Assembly: GCA_014382605.1 (NCBI GenBank)
Contig: JACNJM010000171.1
Coordinates: 1-49,509, forward strand
Source of the DNA: Anaerolineae bacterium
GTDB taxonomy: Bacteria; Chloroflexota; Anaerolineae; Anaerolineales; UBA11858
DNA length: 49,509 nt
Direction of reading: 5' to 3'
Below are positions 10,301 through 19,187 of this stretch, piece after piece. The translations under genes were made by a program, and so were the position numbers. Each line of letters begins with the position of its first letter. The first letter of the stretch is position 1. A model generated the notes under the pieces. That model was given only the letters and a program-made list of their open reading frames with translations. It had not been told where the DNA came from and made no database searches.

Positions 10301-10623
10301 ACAATCTGGTCGAAAATGCAATCAAATATACTCCGGATGGTGGAAAAGTGACCGTTCGGGTTCAGCAACGCAATCAGGCTTTGTTATTCTCTGTTCAGGA
10401 TACTGGTATTGGTATTTCGCCGGTGGACCAACCGCGGCTGTTTGAAAAATTCTATCGCAGTTCCGAACGCAAGGCCAAGAGCCAGCGGGGTACGGGTTTG
10501 GGGTTGGCGATTGTGAAATCGATTGTTGAACGTCATGGGGGGAATATTGGTGTGGAAAGTAATTTGGGTGAGGGGAGTATCTTTTACTTTGAGATTCCCT
10601 TGCGCCAGGAAGCCAGCGAGTAG
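7327..10623 (+). CDS. Membrane sensor histidine kinase (multi-TM, extracytoplasmic Cache-like domain, HAMP, GAF, PAS, HisKA, HATPase_c)
   Basis: 1098-aa ORF. It has an N-terminal block of TM helices, a roughly 270-aa loop, then a TM plus HAMP-like segment (AERIAQGQLDH...). The H-box is FVSTVSHDLRSPLT, the N-box LVENAIKYTP, G1 DTGIGI and G2 GTGLGLAIVK. No response regulator is adjacent. Confidence 0.85.
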   Translation: MSLLFSILSETPFFIFPEGWEGWLGALLWLILIFLLLALWRNYHRPRERNRSIIFSVLLIISPLSAILIGMKIPGLSAIPLSGVVMDSGGMAVMVLAAFSWVLAAGLLGTLPAAVLAAISGLILGFWGTHSIFTVFEWVTLAILLSAISQQRYRTPIYKFARNPIVAISVISLLYPLLYIFSSILTMGGSLAVRLDYALEYVRPATLAVISPVLIAAVMAQFAKLAFPEQWGGQPPWRPSPSESSLESRFTYTLLPLLALLLLVFVIGDWIIAGNAAREMLQSRMAAATEVAADGVPFLLNTGQNLILQIAQEIDLQDIGDEQLQHKLSVGYQSTPFFHQLYILDTERKALTGYPAQEYEKLTQTVEELLGIELAFDGIPVQVYIIPDPEGLNATQISFIAAIFDEEQIVQGVLLGRTDFISNPFAQAIFTNLNSTTDLDGVGLLVDENGQILYQSKTSWRFQRYSGQVSDSPIFYDDSAPDGTRHLIYVRPTIGRPWFTVMMVPAREAQQLALNIAAPVLGMIFLLVSIAAILIRLSLRMVTSSLKSLTTEAERIAQGQLDHVLKPAGADEAGRLRSAFEKMRLSLKARLDELNRLLLVSQGVASHLNIAEALQPIITSALTAGVSSARIVLSPEIVPDSGMNDEIASRYGVGKDTQLFSYFDDQILALMQTHPKDQIVLTNPIRTPLLSFGTGAPRLGSMMAITLRHERQYYGVLWLGNDAPHTFADEEVQFLSTLGGQAAMAAANARLFMTAEFERERLSAILASTPDPVLVTDFHDRLLLINERAWQTLNLDGKASIGKPVAEMVQQPELADLLCLSYDIQDSVEVEVPDGRIFMATASTIRVDDHNIGRVCVLKDITHFKELDALKSDFVSTVSHDLRSPLTLMRGYATMLEMVGDLNQQQDEYVRKIIIGVENITLLVTNLLDLGRIEAGVGLQVEKLLVRDIVDWVVDAFQLQATQKRIELHAHIAEESTPLIEADQALLQQALHNLVENAIKYTPDGGKVTVRVQQRNQALLFSVQDTGIGISPVDQPRLFEKFYRSSERKAKSQRGTGLGLAIVKSIVERHGGNIGVESNLGEGSIFYFEIPLRQEASE

Positions 10624-10658
10624 CCCAAAATGCCCTGACTCCTTGCCAGATTTGTGCC

Positions 10659-10687
10659 TTGACGATCGATGGGGCTTCCTGTATAAT
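10659..10687 (+). promoter_or_regulatory. Sigma-70-type promoter upstream of rpoC
   Basis: TTGACG (10659-10664), a 17-nt spacer, then TATAAT (10682-10687). It lies about 140 nt upstream of the rpoC GTG. Confidence 0.6.
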
Positions 10688-10827
10688 TCCGTTCGCATGC
10701 AAAATAGTGATGAAGATAATTTTTCGGCGAGCGCCTGAGGTCAGAGAACTCATGCGCTTGCTTTTGTTTGCATATGTATAGCATACTTTTTAAAAAGTAA
10801 TTTTGTGATCCTCGGGAGGCGCGCGCT

Positions 10828-13800
10828 GTGGAAACTAAGGGGCTAGTATCACTTAGAATTGGATTAGCTTCACCAGCTACGATTCGTAGCTGGTCTTACG
10901 GTGAGGTTCTAAAACCGGAAACGATCAACTACCGTCGATTACGTCCAGAAAAAGATGGTCTATTTTGTGAGGCAATTTTTGGGCCACAGCGTGATTGGCA
11001 ATGTTATTGTGGAAAATATAAGAATGTCCGCTACAAAGGAATTGTATGCGATAAATGTGGGGTAGAAGTTACCCGTGCTTCCGTGCGTCGCGAGCGCATG
11101 GGGCATATCGAGTTAGCTGCTCCGGTTGCGCATATCTGGTATGCCCGGCGGCTTCCTTCGCATTTAGGGTTATTGCTTGATATTTCTCGCCGCAATCTTG
11201 ACCGGGTGCTCTACTTTGCGCAATATGTGGTCACTTATGTGGACGAAGATGCACGCCAGCGTGCCCTAAAGCGCCTGGAAGAAGAATATGCGGGCGGCGG
11301 CGAGGATGTTGCCGATGATACCAACACCCATTTAGAAGAATTGAAACAGGGGCGCGATGATCTACTTGATGCGCTGAGCGAGCGCGAAGAAGAGATCAAG
11401 TTGCGTTATGATGAATTAATTGCTGCCGAACTTGAGCCGATTATGCAAAAGGGTCAGCAGCTCGAAATGGACCTGCAAGAAAAGATCGGCAAGACTGAGC
11501 GCCGGGCGATTACCTTCCCGGGGAGCGATATTATAATTGTTGAGGCCGGCGAAGAAATTACCAATCAAAATCTTGGTAGTGTGCAGCAGGTTGTAAAAGA
11601 GCGTCTCGAGGAAATCGAAAAAGACCTGCGAGAGCAACGTCAGCGCGAATTGGAACATATCAAGCTGGATATGGCGCGTTTGCGAGCCGAGACAGAACAG
11701 AAAATTACCGGTTTGCGCAGCGACCTTGAAGATGAGATTGTGGCTTCACGCACTGAGTACCGGCGTATGCGCGACGAGTTGATGGATTTGCAACCGCTCA
11801 CCTATATGGGTGAATTGCGTTACCGTGAATTAAAATCGCGTTGGGGGCAGGTTTTTCAGGCCGATATGGGCGCAGAAGCTATTCTTGATATTCTCCGGCG
11901 CCTTGATATGGATACTCTGGTCGTTGAATTACGGCATACTTTGCGTACTTCTGGCAGCAAACAGAAGCGTATGAAAGCTACCCGGCGCTTGAAGATTGCG
12001 GAAGCATTTCGTCGCTCTGGCAACAAGCCGGAGTGGATGGTAATGACCGTGCTGCCTGTTATTCCACCTGATTTGCGCCCGATGGTGCAGTTGGATGGCG
12101 GCCGTTTCGCAACATCTGATCTGAACGACCTGTATCGCCGTGTGATCAATCGCAATAATCGCCTTAAGCGTTTGCTTGAATTAGGCGCACCAGATGTCAT
12201 TGTGCGGAATGAAAAACGCATGCTTCAAGAAGCGGTTGACTCGTTGATTGATAATTCTCAACGTGGCAAAGCGCGTTCGCGCCGTGGCCGCCGTGAGTTG
12301 AAATCATTGAGCGATATGCTCAAAGGGAAGAAAGGGCGTTTCCGCCGTAACCTGCTCGGGAAGCGCGTGGATTATTCTGGTCGATCGGTGATTGTGGCTG
12401 GGCCCAAATTGCATATCCATCAGTGTGGTTTGCCCAAAACAATGGCGCTGGAACTTTTCCGCCCCTTCGTAATTTCGCGTTTGGTGCAGAATGGGTATGC
12501 TACCAATGTTAAGGGCGCCAAACGCCTCATTGAGCGCAGCCGCCCCGAAGTTTGGGAAGCGCTTGAAGAAGCGATCAAGGAACGCCCTGTGTTGCTCAAT
12601 CGTGCGCCAACGCTGCACCGTTTGGGTATTCAGGCCTTTGAACCGATTCTTGTTGAGGGCAAGGCGATTCACCTCCACCCCCTGGTTTGTACCGCATTTA
12701 ATGCTGATTTTGATGGCGATCAGATGGCGGTTTATGTGCCACTATCTGATAAAGCTGTTATTGAAGCGCGTACTCTGATGCTCTCAAGTCGCAATTTGCT
12801 CAAGCCTGCCAGTGGTGAGCCGATTGTTAGCCCATCCAAGGATATGGTTTTGGGTGTGTATTACCTCACCAAGACCGATAACCGCCCGCATAAAGGGGAT
12901 GGCAGAGCGTTTTCATCATTTGATGAAGTTGAAATGGTCTACCGTCTCGACCAGGTAGATATCCCGACCGAGATCAAGCTGTACACGAAAACCTGGTACG
13001 ATGAAGATGGAAGTTGGCTCAAGGAACCGCAGGAGCGGTTGATTGATACAACGGTTGGACGGGTGCTTTTCAATCGAATTTTGCCGGACGGTGTACACTT
13101 TGTCAATGAGACCCTGGAGAAAGGCGGTATCAAGGACTTGATTGCCGACATCTATGAGGTTTGTGGCGAAGAAGCAACCGTTAACGCTGCGGATGCGATT
13201 AAGGATATTGGCTTTTCTTATGCCACGCGTTCGGGTTTCACCATTGCAGTCGCTGACATAACCATTCCAGCGAATAAAGAAGAAATTATCAATAAAGCGT
13301 TGGAAGAAGTTGAAGTCGTTGAACGAAACTTCCGGCGTGGTTTGCTCACCGAGCAAGAACAACATGAACGTGTGATTGAAGTTTGGCAGAGCACAACCTC
13401 GAAAGTTGGTAGCGCTGTACGCGAATATATGGACCCGCACGGCGATTTGGCAACAATGGCGGATTCTGGAGCGACTAAAGGTGGCTTTGGGCAGCTTTCT
13501 CAGTTGGCAGGCATGCGCGGCCTGATGGCTGATCCTTCGGGGCGCATTATTCCGTATCCGATTCGTTCAAATTTCCGCGAGGGTTTGACCTCCCTTGAAT
13601 ATTTCATCTCCTCTCACGGGGCGCGTAAGGGCCTCGCCGATACTGCGTTGCGTACAGCAGACGCCGGGTATCTAACTCGTCGCCTGGTTGACGTCGCTCA
13701 GGACCTCATCGTCAATGCTGAAGAGTGTGAAACCACCAATGGGTTTACCCTCCGCCGGGCAGATGACGTTGCCGGTCAGTCTTTTGGCAACCGCTTGTAT

Positions 13801-15132
13801 AGCCGGATTGTCGCGGAACGCGTGATTGATCCCAATACTGGCGAAGTGCTGTTGGAATCAGGCGCTCTGATTGACCGTGAAGAAACACGCGCAATTGTGA
13901 ATGCGGGTGTTGAGAGTGTGAAAGTTTTCTCGCCATTAACCTGTGAAATGGAGCATGGTGTTTGTGCCCGATGCTACGGTCTCGATTTGGGGCGCGGGCA
14001 AATGGTCGAAATAGGCTCGGCAGTTGGCATCGTAGCAGCTCAGTCGATTGGAGAGCCGGGTACACAGTTGACGTTGCGCACTTTCCATACGGGTGGTGTG
14101 GCCGCAGGCACCGATATTACAACCGGTCTCCCGCGTGTAGAAGAAATTTTTGAAGCCCGCAAAGCCCCGAAAGGGGAAGCCGTGGTTAGTGAGATTGCCG
14201 GTGTGGTTAGTATTGAGCAATCAGAGCGTTATGATGATATTCGCATTGTGCGTGTGACGCATAGCGAAATGACGAGTGATGCGTATACCATCGCTGATGG
14301 CTGGGAAGTGGTTGTGAAAGATGAAGATGAAATTGACCGCGGGGATGCTGTTTTGGTCAATCTCGAAAATCGCGAAAATATTCTTTCCACTGAACACGAA
14401 GGCCGGGTACGCATTGAGAATGGCAAAGTGATTGTTTCTCGTGAAATTCGGGATGAAGAAGAATATGAGATTCCCAGCAACGCCCGCCTGACGGTGAAAG
14501 AAGGTGAGCGCGTTGAACCGGGTCAATCGTTGACCGAAGGATCCCTGAACACACACGACTTGCTGCGCATTCGCGGCCGCGAAGTAACGCAAATGTACTT
14601 GCTGGCTGAAGTACAAAATGTGTATCGCTCCCAGGGTCAAAATATCCATGACAAGCACTTTGAGGTCATTATTCGCAAAATGATGTCTCGGGTTGTTGTC
14701 AGTAATCCAGGCGATAGCGAATTTTTGCCAGGTGATGCTGTCAATCGACAAGAATTGCTAGAAGGAAATGAGGCTCTGCTACAGGAGGGCATGCGTCCCG
14801 CCAAGTATAAAGAAATCTTGCTTGGGATTACAAAAGCTTCCTTGAGTACAGATTCTTTCCTCTCGGCAGCATCCTTCCAGCATACCATCCGTGTGCTGAC
14901 ACGTGCGGCTGCCAGCGGCGACGAAGATCCGCTGTATGGCTTGAAGGAAAATGTGATCATCGGCAAGTTGATCCCCGCGGGTACTGGTTTTGAACATGGG
15001 CCGTTTTCTCCAAAACCACTGGTTGAAGATTATAGTGATCTTCCCGTTGCATCTATTGTAGATGAAGAAATCGACGCGGTTGAAGACAGCCTAGGTGATG
15101 ATCTGGAGACTGAAATTTTGCCCTCAGAATAG
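10828..15132 (+). CDS. rpoC: DNA-directed RNA polymerase subunit beta'
   Basis: Zn-binding [23 protein letters not shown], catalytic [35 protein letters not shown], and bridge-helix/trigger-loop regions ([23 protein letters not shown]). GTG start with GGGAGG 8 nt upstream. Confidence 0.97.
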   Translation: METKGLVSLRIGLASPATIRSWSYGEVLKPETINYRRLRPEKDGLFCEAIFGPQRDWQCYCGKYKNVRYKGIVCDKCGVEVTRASVRRERMGHIELAAPVAHIWYARRLPSHLGLLLDISRRNLDRVLYFAQYVVTYVDEDARQRALKRLEEEYAGGGEDVADDTNTHLEELKQGRDDLLDALSEREEEIKLRYDELIAAELEPIMQKGQQLEMDLQEKIGKTERRAITFPGSDIIIVEAGEEITNQNLGSVQQVVKERLEEIEKDLREQRQRELEHIKLDMARLRAETEQKITGLRSDLEDEIVASRTEYRRMRDELMDLQPLTYMGELRYRELKSRWGQVFQADMGAEAILDILRRLDMDTLVVELRHTLRTSGSKQKRMKATRRLKIAEAFRRSGNKPEWMVMTVLPVIPPDLRPMVQLDGGRFATSDLNDLYRRVINRNNRLKRLLELGAPDVIVRNEKRMLQEAVDSLIDNSQRGKARSRRGRRELKSLSDMLKGKKGRFRRNLLGKRVDYSGRSVIVAGPKLHIHQCGLPKTMALELFRPFVISRLVQNGYATNVKGAKRLIERSRPEVWEALEEAIKERPVLLNRAPTLHRLGIQAFEPILVEGKAIHLHPLVCTAFNADFDGDQMAVYVPLSDKAVIEARTLMLSSRNLLKPASGEPIVSPSKDMVLGVYYLTKTDNRPHKGDGRAFSSFDEVEMVYRLDQVDIPTEIKLYTKTWYDEDGSWLKEPQERLIDTTVGRVLFNRILPDGVHFVNETLEKGGIKDLIADIYEVCGEEATVNAADAIKDIGFSYATRSGFTIAVADITIPANKEEIINKALEEVEVVERNFRRGLLTEQEQHERVIEVWQSTTSKVGSAVREYMDPHGDLATMADSGATKGGFGQLSQLAGMRGLMADPSGRIIPYPIRSNFREGLTSLEYFISSHGARKGLADTALRTADAGYLTRRLVDVAQDLIVNAEECETTNGFTLRRADDVAGQSFGNRLYSRIVAERVIDPNTGEVLLESGALIDREETRAIVNAGVESVKVFSPLTCEMEHGVCARCYGLDLGRGQMVEIGSAVGIVAAQSIGEPGTQLTLRTFHTGGVAAGTDITTGLPRVEEIFEARKAPKGEAVVSEIAGVVSIEQSERYDDIRIVRVTHSEMTSDAYTIADGWEVVVKDEDEIDRGDAVLVNLENRENILSTEHEGRVRIENGKVIVSREIRDEEEYEIPSNARLTVKEGERVEPGQSLTEGSLNTHDLLRIRGREVTQMYLLAEVQNVYRSQGQNIHDKHFEVIIRKMMSRVVVSNPGDSEFLPGDAVNRQELLEGNEALLQEGMRPAKYKEILLGITKASLSTDSFLSAASFQHTIRVLTRAAASGDEDPLYGLKENVIIGKLIPAGTGFEHGPFSPKPLVEDYSDLPVASIVDEEIDAVEDSLGDDLETEILPSE

Positions 15133-15168
15133 CCTTGCTCTGTTTAGGGGGCAGGGGTATTTTACGAA

Positions 15169-15210
15169 AGTCCTCTCTTACTATATTCCGGTAAGAGAGG
15201 ACTTTTTTTG
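15169..15210 (+). terminator. Intrinsic terminator after rpoC
   Basis: 13-bp perfect stem AGTCCTCTCTTAC (15169-15181) / GTAAGAGAGGACT (15191-15203) followed by TTTTTT. Confidence 0.75.
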
Positions 15211-15286
15211 TACATGTTATAATTACTGTACAAATGTTTCAATTATTTTAGTGGCTTTTGACATTGAATCATGCGCGGACCAAGTC

Positions 15287-15340
15287 CCAAAATTGGGGGT
15301 GCGAGCAGGGCTTTTGCCCCGCTCACACCCCCAATTTTGG
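15287..15340. repeat. GC-rich palindromic repeat, family member E
   Basis: CCAAAATTGGGGGTGCGAGCAGGGC-TTTT-GCCCCGCTCACACCCCCAATTTTGG: 25-nt arms with 2 mismatches. The core motif (A-tract, GGGGTGTG-like, GC stem) is shared with the copies at 17898, 36540, 39585 and 27041. Confidence 0.6.
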
Positions 15341-15406
15341 CGTTCTCCTTCGTTTGTGATATTGTCTAGGTAAACTACTGTAGTATGTTGGAAACTGGAG
15401 TCTTTT

Positions 15407-17854
15407 ATGGAAATCGGTTTGGTTCGTAAAATTGACGTTGATAAAGAAATGCAGCAATCCTATCTGGATTATGCGATGAGTGTAATTGTCTCTCGTGCTT
15501 TACCCGATGCGCGCGACGGTTTAAAACCAGTCCATCGTCGCATTTTATACGCCATGCACGACATGGGCATCCGTCCGGATACAGCATATAAAAAATCGGC
15601 TCGTATTGTTGGTGAAGTGTTGGGGAAATACCACCCTCACGGTGATATGGCCGTCTATGATGCGATGGCGCGTATGGCGCAAGATTTTTCAATGCGCTAT
15701 TTGTTGGTAGATGGGCAAGGTAACTTTGGCAGCATGGATGGCGATTCTCCGGCAGCGATGCGTTATACTGAAGCTCGTTTGGCCGCATTGGCTTCACATA
15801 TGTTGTCGGATATTGATAAAGACACAGTCAGTTTTTCGAGCAATTTTGACGATACACTGAAAGAACCGAATGTGTTGCCCGCAGCTTTGCCTAATTTGCT
15901 GGTCAATGGGATTACCGGCATTGCGGTGGGGATGTCGACCAGCATTCCGCCACACAATTTAGGAGAAGTTGTGGATGCGCTGGGTTATATGCTGGAGCAC
16001 TGGAAGAACCTGGATGACGTCAGTGTGGAAGATTTGATGAAGTTTATCAAAGGACCTGATTTTCCTACCGGGGGTATTATCGTAGATCAGGTTGAACAAG
16101 GTGGGCTTCAAAAAGCGTATGGAACCGGCCGTGGTCGTATTCGCGTGCGTGCGCGCGCTCATATTGAAGAAATGAGCCGCGGTCGTAACCGCATTGTGGT
16201 GACAGAAATCCCCTATATGGTGAACAAAACCACTTTGTTGGAACGCATCGCCTCGTTAGCTCGTGAGGAAAAAGTTGAAGGGATCGCCGACTTGCGCGAT
16301 GAATCGGATCGCCAGGGCGTGCGCGTGGTGATTGAACTCACCAAAACCGCACTGCCCGAAAAAATATTGGAAGATCTGTATAAATATAGCTCCATGCGCA
16401 CCACTTTTAGTTTGATAATGCTGGCGTTAGTGGATGGCGAGCCGCGCATGCTCAATCTCAAACAAGCCTTGCGGGTATATCTCAATCATCGCCAAGAAGT
16501 TGTTCGCCGCCGTAGTGAGTACGAGTTGGCGCGCGCGCGCAAGCGTGAGCACATCCTCGCTGGGCTAATCATTGCGCTGGCAAATCTTGATGATGTGATC
16601 GACACAATTCGCCGTTCGCGCAATGTGGAAACCGCACACAAGAATCTTCGCAAGCGTTTTAAACTGAGTGATGTGCAAGCCCGGGCGATTCTGGATATGC
16701 CGCTGCGCCGTCTGGCGGGACTGGAGCGCGCTAAACTGGAGCAAGAGTATAAAGAAACCAAAAAACGCATAAAGGAATTGGTTGCGCTGCTTAAATCTCC
16801 GGTCAAGATGCGCGCAGTGATCTCGAGTGAATTGCAGAAAGTAAAAGAAAATTTCGATGATCAACGCCGTACACAAATTGTCTCGGTGGAAGGCGATCAG
16901 ACTGAAATTCCGGTGCGTTTGAGTGATTTGGCTCCCGATACATTAGTTTGGGTTTCGCTAACCCATGATGGCAAAGTTTCTCGCACACGGCAAGATAACC
17001 GTCCGCGCATCAGTGGTAACTTGGCCCCCGAGCAATTAATTCGGGTTAATACACGTGATACGCTCTATTTCGTTACTAAAGACGGGCAGGCAGCCTCACT
17101 ACCAGTGACATCGCTGCCCGAAGCGGAGAAGCCTAACGACGGTGTACCCTTCCACCAGGTATCGCCGCTTACTAGCAAAGACCATATAGCAACGATTTTT
17201 GCCTTGCCGCCCAAAGATCAGCTTGCTGATGGTTGGTATGTTCTGTCTGTTTCCCGTCAGGGAATGGTTAAAAAGAGCGCCGCAGAAGAATTGCCTGGCC
17301 CGGCGGCAACACCCTTTACGTTGGCGCGCATTAATGAAGGTGATTCACTGGGCTGGCTACGCCTTAGTGATGGGAAGAAAGATATTTTCCTGGTTGCGGC
17401 AAGTGGCATGGCGATCCGCTTCTCCGAAGAAGATGTACGCCCGATGGGGTTGGTTGCGGCGGGTGTAATGGGTATCAAACTTGATTCGGGGGATGAACTT
17501 GTTGGCGCGGATTTGTTGATCCAGCGTGGTGAAATATTCTTGCTGACTTCCAATGGACGTGGCAAACGTGTAGAGCAAGCCGATTTTCCTGTTCAGGGAC
17601 GTTATGGCAAAGGAGTGATTGCCTGGAAATTGTCCAAAGGGGTGCATTTATTAGGCTGCGCAGTTGGCACGAAAACGAAATCGATAACCCTGCATTTGAA
17701 GAAATATGCTGCCAAGATGATTGATTTGGGTTCTGCGCCGGTGCAAACCCGGGCAGCGACGCGCGGAAAAGAAGTTTATGAAATTCGTTCTGGGGATGAA
17801 ATTTTGGCGGTTACTGTTCCCGAAGATTTGCCGCGCCCGCTGAAGAAAGAATAA
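15407..17854 (+). CDS. gyrA: Type IIA topoisomerase subunit A (DNA gyrase subunit A family)
   Basis: N-terminus [36 protein letters not shown], active-site [10 protein letters not shown] (Tyr120), and a C-terminal beta-pinwheel repeat region. I could not find a canonical GyrA box, so ParC-like function cannot be excluded. Confidence 0.88.
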   Translation: MEIGLVRKIDVDKEMQQSYLDYAMSVIVSRALPDARDGLKPVHRRILYAMHDMGIRPDTAYKKSARIVGEVLGKYHPHGDMAVYDAMARMAQDFSMRYLLVDGQGNFGSMDGDSPAAMRYTEARLAALASHMLSDIDKDTVSFSSNFDDTLKEPNVLPAALPNLLVNGITGIAVGMSTSIPPHNLGEVVDALGYMLEHWKNLDDVSVEDLMKFIKGPDFPTGGIIVDQVEQGGLQKAYGTGRGRIRVRARAHIEEMSRGRNRIVVTEIPYMVNKTTLLERIASLAREEKVEGIADLRDESDRQGVRVVIELTKTALPEKILEDLYKYSSMRTTFSLIMLALVDGEPRMLNLKQALRVYLNHRQEVVRRRSEYELARARKREHILAGLIIALANLDDVIDTIRRSRNVETAHKNLRKRFKLSDVQARAILDMPLRRLAGLERAKLEQEYKETKKRIKELVALLKSPVKMRAVISSELQKVKENFDDQRRTQIVSVEGDQTEIPVRLSDLAPDTLVWVSLTHDGKVSRTRQDNRPRISGNLAPEQLIRVNTRDTLYFVTKDGQAASLPVTSLPEAEKPNDGVPFHQVSPLTSKDHIATIFALPPKDQLADGWYVLSVSRQGMVKKSAAEELPGPAATPFTLARINEGDSLGWLRLSDGKKDIFLVAASGMAIRFSEEDVRPMGLVAAGVMGIKLDSGDELVGADLLIQRGEIFLLTSNGRGKRVEQADFPVQGRYGKGVIAWKLSKGVHLLGCAVGTKTKSITLHLKKYAAKMIDLGSAPVQTRAATRGKEVYEIRSGDEILAVTVPEDLPRPLKKE

Positions 17855-17860
17855 TGGCTC

Positions 17861-17981
17861 GTAACTGCTCAGGCTAACGCCTTTGCAGAGAGAATTCCGA
17901 AAAAAGGGGGTGTGCGTGGGGGCATACGCCCCCACGCACACCCCCTTTTTTCGACCTCTTTTTGTTCGAGGCTGAACAGTC
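17861..17981. mobile_element. MITE-like element, copy A (also a likely bidirectional terminator between gyrA and the convergent gene)
   Basis: Perfect 10-bp direct repeat ATAATGGCTC at 17851-17860 and 17982-17991. Imperfect TIRs GTAACTGCTCAGGCT / AGGCTGAACAGTC. The internal palindrome has perfect 26-bp arms (17898-17923 / 17928-17953) flanked by A6 and T6. Confidence 0.65.
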
Positions 17982-18029
17982 ATAATGGCTCTATGAATAT
18001 TTCACGCCAGTACACCCTGCTTTGTGATT

Positions 18030-19139
18030 TTAAGAAACGGTAAAGTGGGAGTAGTGATATGTTATTTTCTCGCCAATCAACCCCAGGGTATCGTTCCCAT
18101 CGTTCACGTTTCCGGCATTACTGCGCGCCACCCAGGAAAAGTGGCGTGAATTCCCCGTTCCCGAAAATCCGGATAATGTAAACGTGCCATTGGGCAATAA
18201 CTGTCCGAAGAAAGTTTGATACCAGGCGCGAATGCGCTCTTTACCTACAATCGTTCGTGCGGCGGTTACATGCACCGCCCGATCACTGTATAGTTCAACA
18301 ACTTTATTGGCATCGCGCGTGTTGTAAGCTTGTACCAAACGGGCGGTAATATCTGTTGGGGGCATTGAGCCGCTGTCCCAATCGAAAGCGGCAATTGTAT
18401 TCCAGGCTTGTCGTGATGGTTTCAGTACGTTGCGTGCGTTATACCATTCCCAGAAGTTCGCCGCGCTAAGCTTGAGGGCGCGCGCCGTTACCAGAAATTC
18501 TTGCACTTCAGCCGCAGTTGCCGACCATCCATGTTCGGTGAAGGCTGCCCCGGTGGGGATAATCGGTGGTCGATAGGGAAAATTCTGGAATTCTTGTATT
18601 GTGCGGTTGAGTTGCGAGCCCGGGTTGTGCGCACCAATCCAGTAAACCTGTGGCATGTTAATATCACACTTTTTGAGGAATTCATTCCAGGGAATAGGGT
18701 GCAGCGAAGGATAGCGGTAGGATGATAAGGCCAGCGGGTAATTATTCCCTACGCCGCTGCGCAACTCGCTCATAAAGGTTTTGGCTGCGCTGGCTTTGCC
18801 CGATTCTTTATAGGGCGCTTCGGCATCTATAACAAAGCCATCTAAATTGAGTTCACGAATGCGTTTAATGGCGATGCGCGCCTCGCCTGAAGGGTCATTG
18901 CCATAGACATAATGCCAACCCCAAGCTTGTATGCCCAACGAATGCAGCGCATTGACCAACGGTGGCACCAGGTCTATCTGTTTGTTCCAGTCGTAGTTAT
19001 AGGGGTAAACGCCACCGGCCACTTTGATGAGTACGTGGCTCAGGCCCGCTTCTTGAGCTTCCAATGCGATCTGAGTTGTATTGCCGCCTTCACAGTTTTT
19101 AATTTGCCACAGAAAAAAGCCTTTGCCTTGTAAAGTCAT
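18030..19139 (-). CDS. Putative glycan hydrolase (GH25-like TIM barrel) fused to a C-terminal SnoaL/NTF2-like domain
   Basis: 369-aa ORF with AAGGAGG 6 nt upstream. The N-terminal pattern GFFLWQI...GLSHVLIKV...GWHYVYG...DGFVIDAE resembles the alternating strand/acidic pattern of lysozyme-like TIM barrels. The C-terminal 110 aa (LVQAYNTRDANKVVELYSDRAVH...) resemble SnoaL-like folds. The assignment is tentative. Confidence 0.4.
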   Translation of the reverse strand: MTLQGKGFFLWQIKNCEGGNTTQIALEAQEAGLSHVLIKVAGGVYPYNYDWNKQIDLVPPLVNALHSLGIQAWGWHYVYGNDPSGEARIAIKRIRELNLDGFVIDAEAPYKESGKASAAKTFMSELRSGVGNNYPLALSSYRYPSLHPIPWNEFLKKCDINMPQVYWIGAHNPGSQLNRTIQEFQNFPYRPPIIPTGAAFTEHGWSATAAEVQEFLVTARALKLSAANFWEWYNARNVLKPSRQAWNTIAAFDWDSGSMPPTDITARLVQAYNTRDANKVVELYSDRAVHVTAARTIVGKERIRAWYQTFFGQLLPNGTFTLSGFSGTGNSRHFSWVARSNAGNVNDGNDTLGLIGEKITYHYSHFTVS

Positions 19140-19187
19140 AGTTGGAGCCTCCTTGCGGATTATTGTTACTATAGTTATAGCATATTT

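Noticed and set aside
17651-17983. Apparently conserved peptide (THTPIFRNS.C.GVSLSSY) shared by minus-strand ORFs 17651..17983, 36471..36827 and 39446..39649. It could be mistaken for a small protein family.
   Set aside because: The similarity is confined to the DNA repeat/MITE sequences, and the flanking parts of the ORFs are unrelated. It is a translation artefact of a repeated non-coding element.
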